A DNA stretch of 64,000 nucleotides, taken from the human T2T-CHM13v2.0 reference genome, Homo sapiens. Shown here piece by piece: positions 1 through 17,347 of the stretch. The number at the start of each line of letters is the position of its first letter. Positions within the stretch are counted from its first letter, which is position 1. The DNA lies in assembly GCF_009914755.1 (NCBI RefSeq), contig NC_060939.1, one strand, 5' to 3'. A program made the translations under genes and the position numbers. A model generated the notes under the pieces. The model saw only the letters and a list, made by a program, of their open reading frames with translations. It had not been told where the DNA came from and searched no databases.

Positions 1-258
1 CATATGGACAAGAGTATTATAAAGGATCCTGTTCATATTTTCTCTGCTCTTCCTCAGAGAATAAACATATTCTATGAGAAGGCAGCTGTATGGACTTGCT
101 CTATTACCTTATAAATGAGGGGTTTGATTTTATGCTGCTAGTTATGTTAGAGAGAATCAAAGCTACCCAAAATATTCCCCTACTACAATTATTTCTGCCA
201 AAAGAGGTTCAAATGTTTCATTTTCCAAAATAAGACTGGTGTACAACATAATCATAAA

Positions 259-568
<310 letters not shown>

Positions 569-861
569 TAAACTTACTGACATTGTCTATATCCTCAGAG
601 CACTTAGTCTCATTTATTCTGACTGCTGGAGATCTGAGAATAAACCTATTCTTGTAATATTAGAAGTAATATCTATAACTAAACCTATCAGTGATAGACT
701 TTTTCAGTTCTCTAGAACTTTTTATTTTTTGTAATATTGAAATATAATATTTAAGCTCTTAAACTATTATACAGTACTGTCAGGTTTCTAAAAACTTAAG
801 TGCTTAAAAAAATCCAGACAATGGTAAGCCATTTAATGTTGAGTTCTATAATACATACTAA

Positions 862-1207
<346 letters not shown>

Positions 1208-2448
1208 TGCATTTGTTTTTGAGGCAGATAAAATAGAAAATGGCTGGAAATGTATGTTCATGTATACTCATGGGCTTTTAAAGTTAAGAAAACCCTGGAC
1301 AGCTGATCAACAATTATTTCCATTTTTACTGACTACACATAAGAACTCTGGTTTTATGCTATTGTCTGATTCACAGGGCTATGTGGTTCTTTATATTCAT
1401 TCTAGTTCAATTAATAATTTGTTGAAAGATTTAAGATTTTTGTTTAAATGAAAATACCAAGACATTTTTCAAAGGCCTAAAAATCACATTCCATCTCCAT
1501 TCTCAAAGCAATATGCTATTTATCTTTTAAAGATAAATAGAAAACTAATGTTAACACTCTAGATTGCTTCATAAATGCTTCCACTATGATGAAGGAAAAA
1601 CACACTATACCATACTACTGCCCGCCAATGCCTTCTGTATCTGTTGAAAACATCAAAACTAAGTACAGATGTGAACCTAGGGGTTGCGGGTTTATTACTT
1701 TGGAAGCAAGTTTTCGGTAAGATGTTAAATTCTAGGGCTACTGTTTTCTGGAATTTAAGAGCTTGGACCGGTATCTAGAGGATAACATAGTAGAAAGGGC
1801 CATTTGCAGTTTTAGAAAGCAACAGAATGCCTAGGAAATAGATGAAACCAAAGAAAGCTGACAACTACAGCAGTCTGCTAGTGTAACTCTCCAAGAAAGG
1901 TATTCTAGGCAATACTGTGTACACAGGAGTTATGATTAGGCCTCATCAGCACAGTAGCTAGTTAGATTAAGCAAACTAGTGGAAGAGATCAGCATGTAAA
2001 TCCTTCATTCTTAAAGATCACTCATGCATACACATCTAATTAAATGTCACTCAAGAGGTGCATGAGTAGAAAAGTCATTCAGCAAAGTCAATTTCTCTGC
2101 ATTACTTGAAAAGCAGAGCTCCACATGGAGTGTGTAAGTCCCCCAAAGCAGGAGCAGGAATCTCAAGTAGTGGTAACTCCTTGGGGGAACGCTTTAAAAT
2201 TTTCAGTCGTGATTGCATCACCTTCATGGAAATGATTGGTTTACTATGTAGTAGGTAAATCTTGAAACAAGAAAGTAGCAATCCAGCATAGCATAAATGA
2301 AAGGTAAAGGTAACAAAAATACTTGAGAAAACACAGAAGACTGTTGAAAAAGTGAAAACCCCCACCTATGCCCTATGGCAGGGGAAAAAAATCTCTCCCA
2401 GCATTCATTTGGCAGGGATTAATGTAAGAGTGACACTAACAAAGTGCC

Positions 2449-2686
2449 ATAATCCCAGCACTTTGGGAGGCTGAGGGGGGCGGATCACCTAAGGTCAGGA
2501 ATTCAAGACCAGCCTCGCCAACATGGTGAGACCCTGTCTCTACTAAAAATGCAAAAATTAGCCGGGAGTGGTGGCATATGCCTATAGTCCCAGCTACTTG
2601 GGAGGCTGAGAACCCAGGAGGCAGAGGTTGCAGTGAGCTGAGATTGTGCCACCACACTCCACCCTGAGTGACAGAGTGAGATCTGC

Positions 2687-2720
<34 letters not shown>
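2449..2720 (+). mobile_element. AluS, 5'-truncated with small internal deletion
   Basis: Starts at taatcccagcactttgggagg; long poly-A tail. Confidence 0.9.
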
Positions 2721-2723
<3 letters not shown>

Positions 2724-3055
2724 CCAAATCCTATTCTTCATAAAAAACTCATTTTAAAAAATTATTTTTGATTACATATACAAACAACTTTATCTACTTC
2801 ACTTTATGGCTCAAAAAATACCTTAAAAGCTGCCATTTATAAAGAAACATTTTGGCCTCTCATGTAAGTCTTCTCAGCCTCATTAACTGTCTTCAACTAT
2901 AAACTAACAAGAATGAGACTGAATAGTACCAAAAGGTTAGCAAAGAGAATATACTGGATTACATTCTGGTTTTATCACACTTCCAATATTAAAATTTCTT
3001 TTTTTTCTTTTATGATATGGTGGGGGTAAGACGGAAGAAGAAAAGAATGGAACAG

Positions 3056-3355
3056 GAGCCAGCTGTGGTGGCTCACGCCTGTAATCCCAGCACTTTAGGA
3101 GGCCGAGGTGGGTGGATCACAAGGTCAGAAGATTGAGACCATCCTGGCCAACACGGTGAAACCCCGTCTCTACTAAAAATACAAAAAAAATTAGCCAGGC
3201 ATGGTGGTGCACACCTGTAGTCCCAGCTACTCGGGAGGCTGAGGCAGGAGAATTGCTTGAACCTGGGAGGCGGAGGTTGCATGAGCCGAGATCGCGCCAC
3301 TGCACTCCAGCCTGGGCAACAGAGTGAGACTCTGTCTCAAAAAAAAAAAAAAAAA
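3056..3355 (+). mobile_element. Alu (AluSc-like)
   Basis: Full dimer with gagaccatcctggccaac and poly-A. Confidence 0.92.
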
Positions 3356-4342
3356 GTATATACTTGAACAAAACTAAAAACTTCCTTCTATTAAGCTCAT
3401 GAAACATAACCAGTTTTCCCATGCCAGACAGGGGTTATGCCATGTAATCTGTCATTTGTGCAGAGATATCCTGTATTCTATAAACCTTATCAAATAGGAG
3501 GGAAGTTTAAAAATCACTGACAACAACCTGAAAAGGGGATTATTCCCAGGCTCAACACTATCCAGAGACGAGAGTATCAATTCTGTGACGCTTTTAGAAA
3601 AATCACGGAAACCACCCTAGAAGTCTGCAATTCTCTATTCAAACTCTGCCCTATCCTTACAATGGTGTAAGATACCTCCCTAGGAAATGTTGGTTTATCT
3701 AGATAGGATTACTTCAGAATCACCAAGTTTCCTCCTACAAGGAGCTGGGTTAGAACACAGGTGTCTGCTGAAATACAAAACACTTAACACATACAGAAAG
3801 AAAAAAACTTTTAATATGGAATACAGAATTAAGAGAAGAGGTGAGCCGCAGTGACTAGGTGATAGAACAGAAGACGCTAAGGAATCTATTTTCAGTTTTG
3901 CACTTGCTTGTTTCAAAGCTCCTCTCAGAGTAAAGGTCCCAGAAATGAGGAGGGGCAGACGTCTCCTGCACTGAGCTCTATGTGGAGCTGTGGCCATCCT
4001 GTGGCCAGGAGGAGTGTGCAATCTCTGTCTGTGCTCCTACTGGATGGCAGGCAGCATGTTAGGAAACTGCACGCAGGTCACAAGGAGGCAGATTATCTCT
4101 GCGCAAACTTAGCCCCTTCAACTAGCAAACCCTGAGCCTCGGTCAGAACTAAACAGTACTCTGTAAAAAGACAGAAACAAATAACTATATCAGCTTTTTT
4201 TTTTTTTAAGGTATTCATTTTATGAAGATAACTGACTACCTTGCCTATTTAGCAATGTGGCCTAATGTTTCCTTTAGAAAAATTATGCTCATAACAAGCT
4301 GTAGTCACTAAGCATAACAGCACAAAGCCACAATATATTTTT

Positions 4343-4351
4343 CTTTTTCTC

Positions 4352-4387
<36 letters not shown>

Positions 4388-4657
4388 AGACAGAGTTTTG
4401 CTCTTATTGCCCAGGCTGGAGTGCAGTGGTGCGATCTCGGCTCACTGCAAACTCTGACTCCTGGGTCAAGCGATTCTCCTACCTCAGCCTCCCAAGTAGC
4501 TGGGATTACAGGCATGAGCCACCATGCCCAGCTAATTTTGTATTTTTAGTAGAGACAGGGTTTCACCATGTTGGTCAGGCCGGTTTTGAACTCCTGGCCT
4601 CAGGTGATCCACCGCCTTAGCTTCCCAAAGTGCAGGTGTGAGCCACCGACCCCAGCC
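4343..4657 (-). mobile_element. AluS
   Basis: Reverse-complement Alu; TSD gccacaatatattttt. Confidence 0.92.
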
Positions 4658-5799
4658 AGCCACAATATATTTTTCTAAGGCTTTATGTCCTTTAAATGTA
4701 TTCCCTTACAGTCTAGATACAAACAAATCCAAAACACTCTTTTACTGGAGGCATATCTTCTTCAGACCTCACATGATTTGACTCTTAAATTCTGCGTTTA
4801 TTTTTCCGTGTATTATAAGGTATTGAGTTAGTTTAAATATGGTTCTTTTGGAAGGATGAGAGATTACCTTTACTGATCTTTGATTCATATTTTCCTAGTC
4901 AAATTGGAGAATTTGCAAGGGAACAGTCCACCTAGTACAAAATTACAAAGAATAAATTCTTTCCCTTAAACATATGCTACGCATCTCTTTTCACATGGCG
5001 AATGAAAACAAAACAAAACAAAACACCTATGCTACACATACAAAAACACAAAAAAGAGTAAGTGACATTTTGGGGTAGGATACCATGTCTGTTACCATTT
5101 AAAAGCTTTTAATAGTCAATATGACTCTCTCCACTGTCAAAATGGGATCTGTTCCTCTAACCTGCTAGTTACTAAGTAGCCCTTCTTTTTCACATACCCA
5201 CAACAAAACCCACCATAATAAAAGAGGTCAGCCAGAGAAAAAGGAGACGCTATCATAACTCCTGAACCATTGCGGTGTAATGTTTATGTAGCATTTACGT
5301 AAGGATTGTCACAAGCTTGGATTTAAAGTACTGAAAGGGCAGGAAGAGTGCTGCTGCATGCACATAGTAGTCAATGCAACAGTCTACATTTACTGTGTTG
5401 AACAAGCACACTGAATAAAACCTATGACAGTACAATATGTTGTACTCTAATATCAGATCTGTGGATACCGGCAGGACTTACTTCCTGATTGAATTTGATC
5501 AGATAATGCAAAGGACGTTTTGCCAGGTAGAAGCAAGCAGGCAGAACTATTAAGGTTTTCATCCCCTTTCTGCCGGATTGTAATACGCAGTTCTTTAGAG
5601 AGGAATCAGACCCATGGCAAGATTTACAACTTTTGGTACTGGGAAAGGACAAACACGAAGTATAAAATGATGGAAAGACTAACTCAACTGGGATCTTTCT
5701 GAATGGATCTAGCTTTTAGGAACGTTTATTCTATCCAAATTCATAGTTTAATTATAGTTCTCTAGTTAGGTAAAATTTATGTTCAAAAAAATTGTGCTT

Positions 5800-6080
5800 G
5801 GCCAGGCATGGTAGCTCACACTTGTAATCCCCGTTACTTGGGAGGCTGAGGCAGAAGGATCACTTGAGCCCAGGAGTTTGAGACCAGGAGGCCCTGTCTC
5901 TACAAAAAATAAATAAACATTAGTCAGGTGTGGTGGCTCACGCCCATAGTCCCAGCTGTTTGGGAGGCTGGGGTGGGAGGATTGCTTGAGCCCAGGAGGT
6001 CAAGGTTGCTGTGAGCTGTGATCACGCCACTACACTCTATCCTGAGAGGTGGAGTGAGATCCCATCTCTATTAAAAAAAA
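5800..6080 (+). mobile_element. AluJ-like
   Basis: ggatcacttgagcccaggag J-type motif; poly-A. Confidence 0.9.
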
Positions 6081-6295
6081 AGAAGTGCTTGGAATAAAGA
6101 TAGTTTTAAAAGGCAGATCCAATATATGTGAGTTTAAATGCAGTCCTTTAGGAACCATATTTGGGATTTATTATTGTATATAGATAAACCAAACAGTACT
6201 CAATTCAATATACCTAAAATCTAAACAAGCAAAGCAAAATTTTCCCAGAATACAAGGAAAATAGGATTCTTGTTGTGATGGAAAAGAACTAATAA

Positions 6296-6673
<378 letters not shown>

Positions 6674-6839
6674 TGAGCAGACAATCCAGCCCTACTCTAG
6701 CTGCCAAACAGAGGCAAAATGGCTCTTTGTGGAAACAAAAACGAGTAGGAAGAAAAGCTTAAAATTTATTTTTCAATAAAGGTTAAATAAAAATCTATGC
6801 TATAAAAAAATATCTATTTACATCTGCACCCTTCATTTG

Positions 6840-6990
6840 GCAGATTCATTCATTCACTCATTCATTCAAACAAGTATGCATCAAGTGCCCACTATTCTAA
6901 ACATTGGTTTGGGTGTTAGGGTTAAAGCAGTGAACAAAACAACAAAAACCTCTGCTCTTACAAGGCTCCAATTTGAGAATGCTGACACCC
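6840..6990 (-). mobile_element. L2 3'-end fragment
   Basis: (attc)n followed by aacaagtat...gtgcccactatt...gtgaacaaaac, typical of the L2 3' end. Confidence 0.6.
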
Positions 6991-7149
6991 TAAATAGGTT
7001 AAATGTCCTATGGCCAAAGTTTTGGGATAAGATAAAACCAAGGTCTGAGCTCTTCTTTCTCCTTCTACTGTAAGTATGAGACTAAACAGTTTGTTGAGCC
7101 CTAGGCTCAGATTTCCCAGAATAAGGAGACTCTTTAGGCATTATCATCA

Positions 7150-8400
7150 ATGTCATCTCTATGCCTTGACTCCCAAATATCTCTCTAGTTGTCTCTGGAG
7201 AACCATCCTCTGCCTGCTAGACCTCTTCAGGTGGAATACATTGCTAGTATTTCAAACTCAAGATGCCTAAATTCAAATTCCAAACAAGTTCCTCCCCCAA
7301 CTTTGCCATCTCTAGTAATAGTACCACATGCCTCCTAATTATCCAGGCTCAAGATCTCTGCAACAGCTTTGACTCTTCCTTCTCCCTTAATCCTGACATT
7401 CATGTGGGCTGCCAATTCTGGTAGATTATATCACTGTAGCATTGTTCAATTCTGTTTCATTTGCCCTACTATAACCCATCTAGACTCCCTCTACATCTCA
7501 AGGGAATTCACTGCCTGCTTAATGATTTCCATGTTTGCTGCCAGACTAGTACCACATTCTGTGCCAAAAGATTTCAAAAGCAGAGTTTTAATCATATCAC
7601 TCCTTTGCTTAAAAATCTTTAGTCCCTATTCCTACTTAAAATAAGCACCAACTCGCCAGCCCAGCATTCCAGGAGCTTCACCAAATGGTTTCAACCTACT
7701 TTCCTAGCCTTGTCTCCTAGGACTCCTTTACTCGCATCATATATTTTAGAAAACTGAACTAGATAAAACATTTGTTGTTGATCATATATTCTTCTGCTTG
7801 GAATGCCTCTTCCATCTCATTTAATTCTGCTAAAAGCATGTCAAATGCAGCTTCTCTCATCAAATTATTTGTCTTGCTCAGACTAGATGAAATTTCTTCT
7901 TCCAAACCCAGATGATAATAATTTGCAACTTGGGATGCTTATCTGTTCTGCCTTGTGTTATAGTTATCTGTCCATTTGGCTTATCTACTTGTCAGCTCTT
8001 TGAGGACAAGGACTCCCTACTTGGTATCCACAGGATATACTTTTTTTTTTTTTTTTTTTTTTTTGAAACAAAGTCTCTGCTGCCCCGGCTGGAGTGCAGT
8101 GGCACAGTCTCATGTGCACTGGCTCACTGCACAACCTCCGCCTCCCAGGTTCAAGCAATTCTCCTGCCTCAGCCTCCCAAGTAACTGAGATTACAGGCGC
8201 CCACCACCACACCCAGCTAATTTTTGTATTTTTAGTAGAGATGGGGTTTCACCATGTTGGCCAGGCTGGTCTCGAACTCCTGGCCTCAAGTTATCCACCC
8301 GCCTCAGCCTTCCAAAGTGCTGGGATTACACGTGTGAGCCACCTTCCCTGGCCCACAGGATACAGTTTCACATAGCAGGTCCTCAGCTCAGATTTACTGA
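7150..8400 (+). mobile_element. Degenerate L2 element, interrupted by an Alu at 8041-8353 (-)
   Basis: L2-like pyrimidine-rich tracts (gactcccaaatatctctctag, tttgactcttccttctccctt, ctcctttgcttaaaa). The Alu has TSD cacaggata. Confidence 0.6.
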
Positions 8401-8819
8401 GTCAAAGTTGCTGATGAAAGGTTAGCTGTTCCTAAAGTCAATACCTGTCAATCTCGCTCAAGGAGAAACTGTATTTTTCTTTTGCTAATTTCAAAACTTG
8501 AAAGGAATTAGTCTAGAAAATCATCTTGTTTTCAATTCTTAGAGTAATAAGAGAGAGATTTGGCTGCAAATTTTCTTAAAAAAAAAAAAAGGGCATAAGA
8601 AAACAATCCTAAAGATAGAAGAAATGTAATATTAACATAGACCAAAGGTTGAACAGACACTAGAAATCCATTACCCAGAGTGCATAGTGCAGAAAGAATT
8701 TTACCCAGCAAGGATTCAGAATCCTGGTGGGAAGGCGTTATAACATTTACATCAACGTGAAGGAATTCCAATCTCTTAGCAGCCACAGGATACTAAAAAC
8801 TCTAAAATTAAAAAAATAG

Positions 8820-10518
<1,699 letters not shown>

Positions 10519-10785
10519 TTAAAATATTTTAGAATATATTACTACACTTCCAACCCTATTTCTGTTAATAATTTTGATCTCCTTCCATTGATTCTGCTTA
10601 TTTCCCCATCCCGTCCAGCTCACTTTACTATAACCCAGTTTATTCAATAAAGGATGTGAAGTAGATTTATAACCATGCCTTTATAGGTGGATAGGCAGAT
10701 CATTTCTATATCTCTGCTACCAATGACAATGCAACAGTTTTATGCACATAACCTATACTTTGAGTGGTTTTATTGATTGATTTCA

Positions 10786-11211
<426 letters not shown>

Positions 11212-11551
11212 TCAGTTTAACTGTGCCCTCACCTGCACTAGCTATTAGCTTTTAAAAAGGGAGGGATGGGAGAGAACTGCAGAAGTCAACAGTCTTTTGT
11301 TGTCAAACCAGAAGTCAGTCAAATTATAAATCTTAAACAACGACTTTAAAGGATGTGACTATGGACCCAATTAGTGCCCAGAGTTTGCTTAACCCTTTCT
11401 TTTTTGCCCACCTATTTTCTCGTTTATATGTACTCTCTAGTAAATGGCTTTCCTCCTTTTACATACTTTTTTCTTACCCACCAAACCACATATTTTGCCA
11501 AGAGTATATACTTACTGGTGAGAAAATATATTTGTGGGTGTACTCCATTGG

Positions 11552-11554
<3 letters not shown>

Positions 11555-11595
<41 letters not shown>
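11555..11595. repeat. (TG)~20 microsatellite
   Basis: Direct reading of the sequence. Confidence 0.97.
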
Positions 11596-11597
<2 letters not shown>

Positions 11598-12232
11598 ATA
11601 TACTATTCTTAACCTATATACTTGCACATGTGCATCTATGAAATAAATGTTTTTGTATTTTCTTGTAAAAATGTTAATACAAGAAAGTGAAATCATAAGG
11701 AGAGGAAATAAGCTAATTTGATATGTGATAATTATTTTAAAAATATGTAATCTGTTTATTATGCTTTGCTTATTTACCTACTGTGGTCTCTGTTTTTCTC
11801 TTAGCAATATATTTAATATAAAGATAAAAATCCTATGTCATATTTACTTCCCAAATACATAAGCCCTTTTTAAAAATGTCAAACTTGTTGATTTTTTGGT
11901 GTGTGTTTGCCTTATCTGTCTTTAGGCTGAGAGATGTCCCTCACTGAGACCACTAGTTTTCCAAACAACGAACAATGAAGGACAGATGACATCGCCTAAG
12001 CTGAGTCTTCACTGCAGGTCCATCTCAAATCTTGACCAGCTCTATAATTTGCCCGGGTAGAAGAACAAGGGGTGGTGTGGAGGTTCCATTTCATGCCCAA
12101 GTCAGTTGGAAGTCCAAAGTACCTACCATTCTTAACCAGCAAGGAAAAACCAGAACTGGCAAGAGCTCTAGACCAGACTACAGATGAGACCCAAAGTGGG
12201 CTACCTGGTACATCCTGTCTGTGCGACAGGTC

Positions 12233-12301
12233 TTTTTTTTTTTAAACTGCTCCTTGGCGAGTAGGGCTACTCCACAGGCACTGTGCCCAGAGTAGCCTCC
12301 A
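12233..12301 (-). mobile_element. Very short retroposed insert (~58 nt body plus poly-A) with 11-bp TSD
   Basis: acaggtctttt at 12226-12236 and 12302-12312 flanks T11 plus aaactgctccttggcgagtagggctactccacaggcactgtgcccagagtagcctcc. Confidence 0.75.
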
Positions 12302-12392
12302 ACAGGTCTTTTGGTCCTATGGTAGATGCCTCTGATCCTAACTTATAGCTAGTTCCCCCCAACAGCCAACAGACTCTGACAGGCCCACACAC

Positions 12393-12699
12393 TTTTTTTT
12401 TTTTTTTTTTAAGACAGGGTCTCACTCTATCACTCAGGCTGGAGTGCAAATGCGGAAGCAATCTTGGCTCTCTGCTGCCTTGACTTCCCGGGCTCAGGTG
12501 ATTCTCCCACCTCAGCCTCCAAAGTAGCTGGGACTATAGGCACGTGCCACCATGCCCAACTAATTTTTTGTATTTTATGTAGAGACAGGGTTTCACCATC
12601 TTGCCCAGGCTGGTCTTGAACTCCTGGCTCAAGTGATCTACCTGCCTTGGCCTCCCAAAGTGCTTGGATTACAGGCATGAGCCACTGCACTTGGCCAGG
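12393..12699 (-). mobile_element. AluJ-like
   Basis: Reverse-complement Alu with poly-T, about 230 bp from the exon donor at 12926. Confidence 0.9.
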
Positions 12700-12925
12700 C
12701 TGACTCTTTAGACTGGATGCTTCATATAGGGCACCTGGCCACATCTCAGTGCAACTATACATGCCCTGAGGGTTGCTTGAAAGTCATACCACACCTGTAA
12801 GAAATGGCAAGCATTTGATCTTTATTTTCAGTACATACACTAAAGCGGAGAAGCTGAAGAATTTGGGTTTTAATATTAGCCAAGAAGAAGGGTAGTGTCT
12901 GAAAGAATGGAGGATCAACACATAC

Positions 12926-13033
12926 CTGATTTCGAAGAGGCTGCTGTTGTGATGGCCGATCCCTATGTGTGTGGCTTTCTCGAGTTATTGCAGATGCACC
13001 AGAATCTACGTGAACTGACCCTACTGGAGTAGG
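12926..13033 (-). CDS. CSNK1G1: CSNK1G1 coding exon (108 nt; [36 protein letters not shown]), C-terminal tail
   Basis: tttctag|CCTACTCCAGTAGGG...AATCAG|gtatgt; phase 0-0. The tail matches my recollection of gamma1 rather than gamma2/3. Confidence 0.93.
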
Positions 13034-13259
13034 CTAGAAAAATGAAACAAAAAGTCAAATGGGGGAAACAGGTCCAACTTGATGCATATGCAAAGGACAG
13101 AATGATTCTAATTCTAATAGAGTAGTAGTAATTATTTTCAGCTACCAAGAGCACTTTCAAGTTGTCTTGTCTTCTCAGTTTGCTCATCTGCAAAAGGGAG
13201 GCAGCCTGGTCCTTAATAGTTCATTGGAGAGTAGCTTACCTTCGAAAACAAAAAACCAG

Positions 13260-13989
<730 letters not shown>

Positions 13990-14284
13990 CTTCTGAATCA
14001 TTCAAATGAAACTTCTCCTAAAAACTGGGCTTAAATTCTGTTATCTTAGGACACACAAGTTATTATCTTCCTATATTACTAGGAAAAAATACTTCCTACT
14101 TCTGAACTAGTAAGAGCAACCTATGGCAACACCCAGACAAGGCTAGTAAATATACAGTCTACGATCAAAGGAATATTTTTACCAAAGATTCAAGCAGAAA
14201 GACTGGCAAGTAAAGGCATGAGGCAGTGCTGGTTGGAGAAAGGAGGTAATGAGGTTAAAAAAAAAAAAAAAAAAGGATACTTAC

Positions 14285-14433
14285 AATAGGTCTCCCAACC
14301 CAATCATAGGCATAGTCAAAGGTGTAGCCTTTCTTTTCAAAGAGGTCTGTGAAGAGGGTCCGTAAATACTCATAATCAGGTTTTTCAAAGAAGTCCAGTC
14401 GCCTGACATATCGAAGGTAGGTTGCCATCTCCT
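14285..14433 (-). CDS. CSNK1G1: CSNK1G1 coding exon (149 nt; [49 protein letters not shown])
   Basis: ctaacag|AGGAGATGGCAACC...CCTATT|gtaagt; end of the CK1 kinase domain (KPDY, YDW). Confidence 0.96.
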
Positions 14434-14708
14434 CTGTTAGGAAAGAGATGAAAGGCCCTGCTCATTAGCTGAATGCTTTCCATAGCAGTTGTGGGGAAGC
14501 ATTGGGCCACAAAGGGGTTATTTATACAGACAATTTGACACTGATGTTTTCTTTACTGACAAAATAAAAGTGATAAAACCTACTTTGGTCTGTATCACAA
14601 AAGGAAATGTTAATTACCTAAACAGCACCCCTATCTAGAGATACCCAGTCATGGACTCTACCTAGTTTCAAAGCTCAGTCACACTGGAATGTCTTTTTAG
14701 CATCCCAC

Positions 14709-14793
14709 CTGGAAAGTTCTCACAGAGAGCTTCAATGGGAGTATTCCTTTTGGTGTCACCAATTTTTTGATATCTCTCTTTTAATGTGTCAGC
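14709..14793 (-). CDS. CSNK1G1: CSNK1G1 coding exon (85 nt; [29 protein letters not shown])
   Basis: Translated by hand: tctacag|GCTGACACATTAAAAGAG...TTTCCAG|gtggga; phases fit both neighbouring exons. Confidence 0.95.
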
Positions 14794-15868
14794 CTGTAGA
14801 GAGTAAAGAGAGAAAGTTACTTTAAAAGAGGGCCTAAACATGGGAGATTCAATATGTTTTTGGACACAATGGTTGTTTCACTCAAATTCGCAGTATTTGT
14901 TGGTCTTGATTTTTTTTCTAACACTAACAAATAAGAAATGTAGTAGAAATTATATATTTAGATATATACAAACATCTGCTGTGTTCTGGAAAATTTTACT
15001 TGTGAAAATATTTAGTTGTCTCAGATAAACACCATCAAATATAATGGATGAGTGGCTAGGATAAGAAAATAACAATATTATGTGGCCAATATTTTCAAAA
15101 TTGCAGAAGCTTAGTAATATCCCATGGCCACCATAATTCAATATGATTCAGCATTCTCTCTTAGATCAGCTCTAAAAGTACTGCTAATCCAGGTGGGGGA
15201 AACAGATAAGTAATTCTACTACACATATATTGAGACTTTGAACAGAAAAAAAACAATAACTGAAAAATGTCTTTCAACAATGTGCTTCCAGAGGGAAAAA
15301 AGTTGTCTATGGTACAGCCATGGCTAACAGGTTTGGTGTATGTCAGTAACTCAAAAGCAGCCCAAGTCTGGTATGCTCAGAGCTATAGCCAGAGGGCTTC
15401 TGAACCCTGGATCAACAGTGGGCTCCTAGGGAATTCTTGTCAGGCTTTACCTAGCTTGCTGCACTCAGACTTAAGCAATAGTGTTCTGAAGTAAATAGGA
15501 GAAATTTTAGATCTACAACTACCACTAAAATGATTTATGGACAACGAGAGAGTTTCAAGCAATTAATAATACACTAATGCATTGTGTGGCTGTATGATGA
15601 CCAAGTTTGACATGAAACTCTATTTGAAAGCTATAAAAATCAATGAGAAGATGTATATGACAGGAGAGGAATTTAAGAGTGAAGAAATAAAATCTCAAAG
15701 GGAATGGGTGGAAGTCTTACGTTTTAGGACAATAGTCTAGAAAGCCTACAGCAAAATGAACCATCCTGCCTTTCTGGAAGAGGGGGTGTAGGAGTACCCC
15801 AAACTACTGATTAAGTTTCTTTCCATATTAATATGTTGAAATAAATTACAACCAAAAAATATGTCTTG

Positions 15869-16455
<587 letters not shown>

Positions 16456-17116
16456 AGTCTCACAAGATACTAATGGGACTTACAATGGGTTAGAAGCTCA
16501 CCATTTCCTAGCCAAACAGCCAAAGGCACAGAGTAATGATAATGCTCATAATTATAATAGTAAACTGACATGTAACCACTGTACTGACACCTACCTAAGG
16601 AAGGCTATTTAAACTCTACACATTTTGCAATGAATAGATATTGTCTGAATAGGCATTTATTCAATAATACACTTGAAAAGCAATCTTAAACCTGGATTTT
16701 CATTTTAGTTCAGGTGAGTTCTTAGCCTACATAGGATAAACAAATATTTTCCAAGTTTTCCTGAGGAGTACACCCTGCTGGCCTTTCTGGTAAAATGTGT
16801 AGCAGCTGTTGTCAACAATTTGTTCCAGAAATTCCCTTACATACTGGGAACACTCCTCCTGCTACATAATGGTAGTGGAGGAGGAATACCAACACAGAGA
16901 GAAAAGCAGCACTGTCAAGCCTGGGAGGAAATGAGGGAAAAGATCATGGAAAATCCAAGAACAAGGAAAAATTAAGAAACGGAAGACAAATGTGAACAAA
17001 ACAGTTTCCAAAGCCCAGGAGAGCATTTATAATGTAGACTAATGTAATTAGTCCCTGCTTCTTATCTCCAGAGCCAATTAGCCAATAATCCTTTTTGTGT
17101 GTTGTTTTAAAAAAAT

Positions 17117-17249
17117 ATTTATTTGTTTATGTTTAAATAGAGATGGGGTCTCACTATGTTGCTGATCTCAAACTCCTGGACTCAAGCAATCCTCCCACCT
17201 CAGCCTCCCAAAGTGCTGGGATTACAGGCATGAGCCACCGCATCTGGCC
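17117..17249 (-). mobile_element. FLAM / Alu left monomer
   Basis: Reverse-complement left-arm consensus only. Confidence 0.85.
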
Positions 17250-17347
17250 AGCCCCCTACACATTTCTTAAAAACATGAAGCCAGAGGCTCCTTCATTAAC
17301 AACTGAGCATTGAAACAAAGCCCTCCACTGAACACTTTCAAGGATAC

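Noticed and set aside
3695-4135. Overlapping non-repeat ORFs (108 aa minus, 75 aa plus)
   Set aside because: Non-ATG starts, no recognisable domain, and lengths expected by chance.
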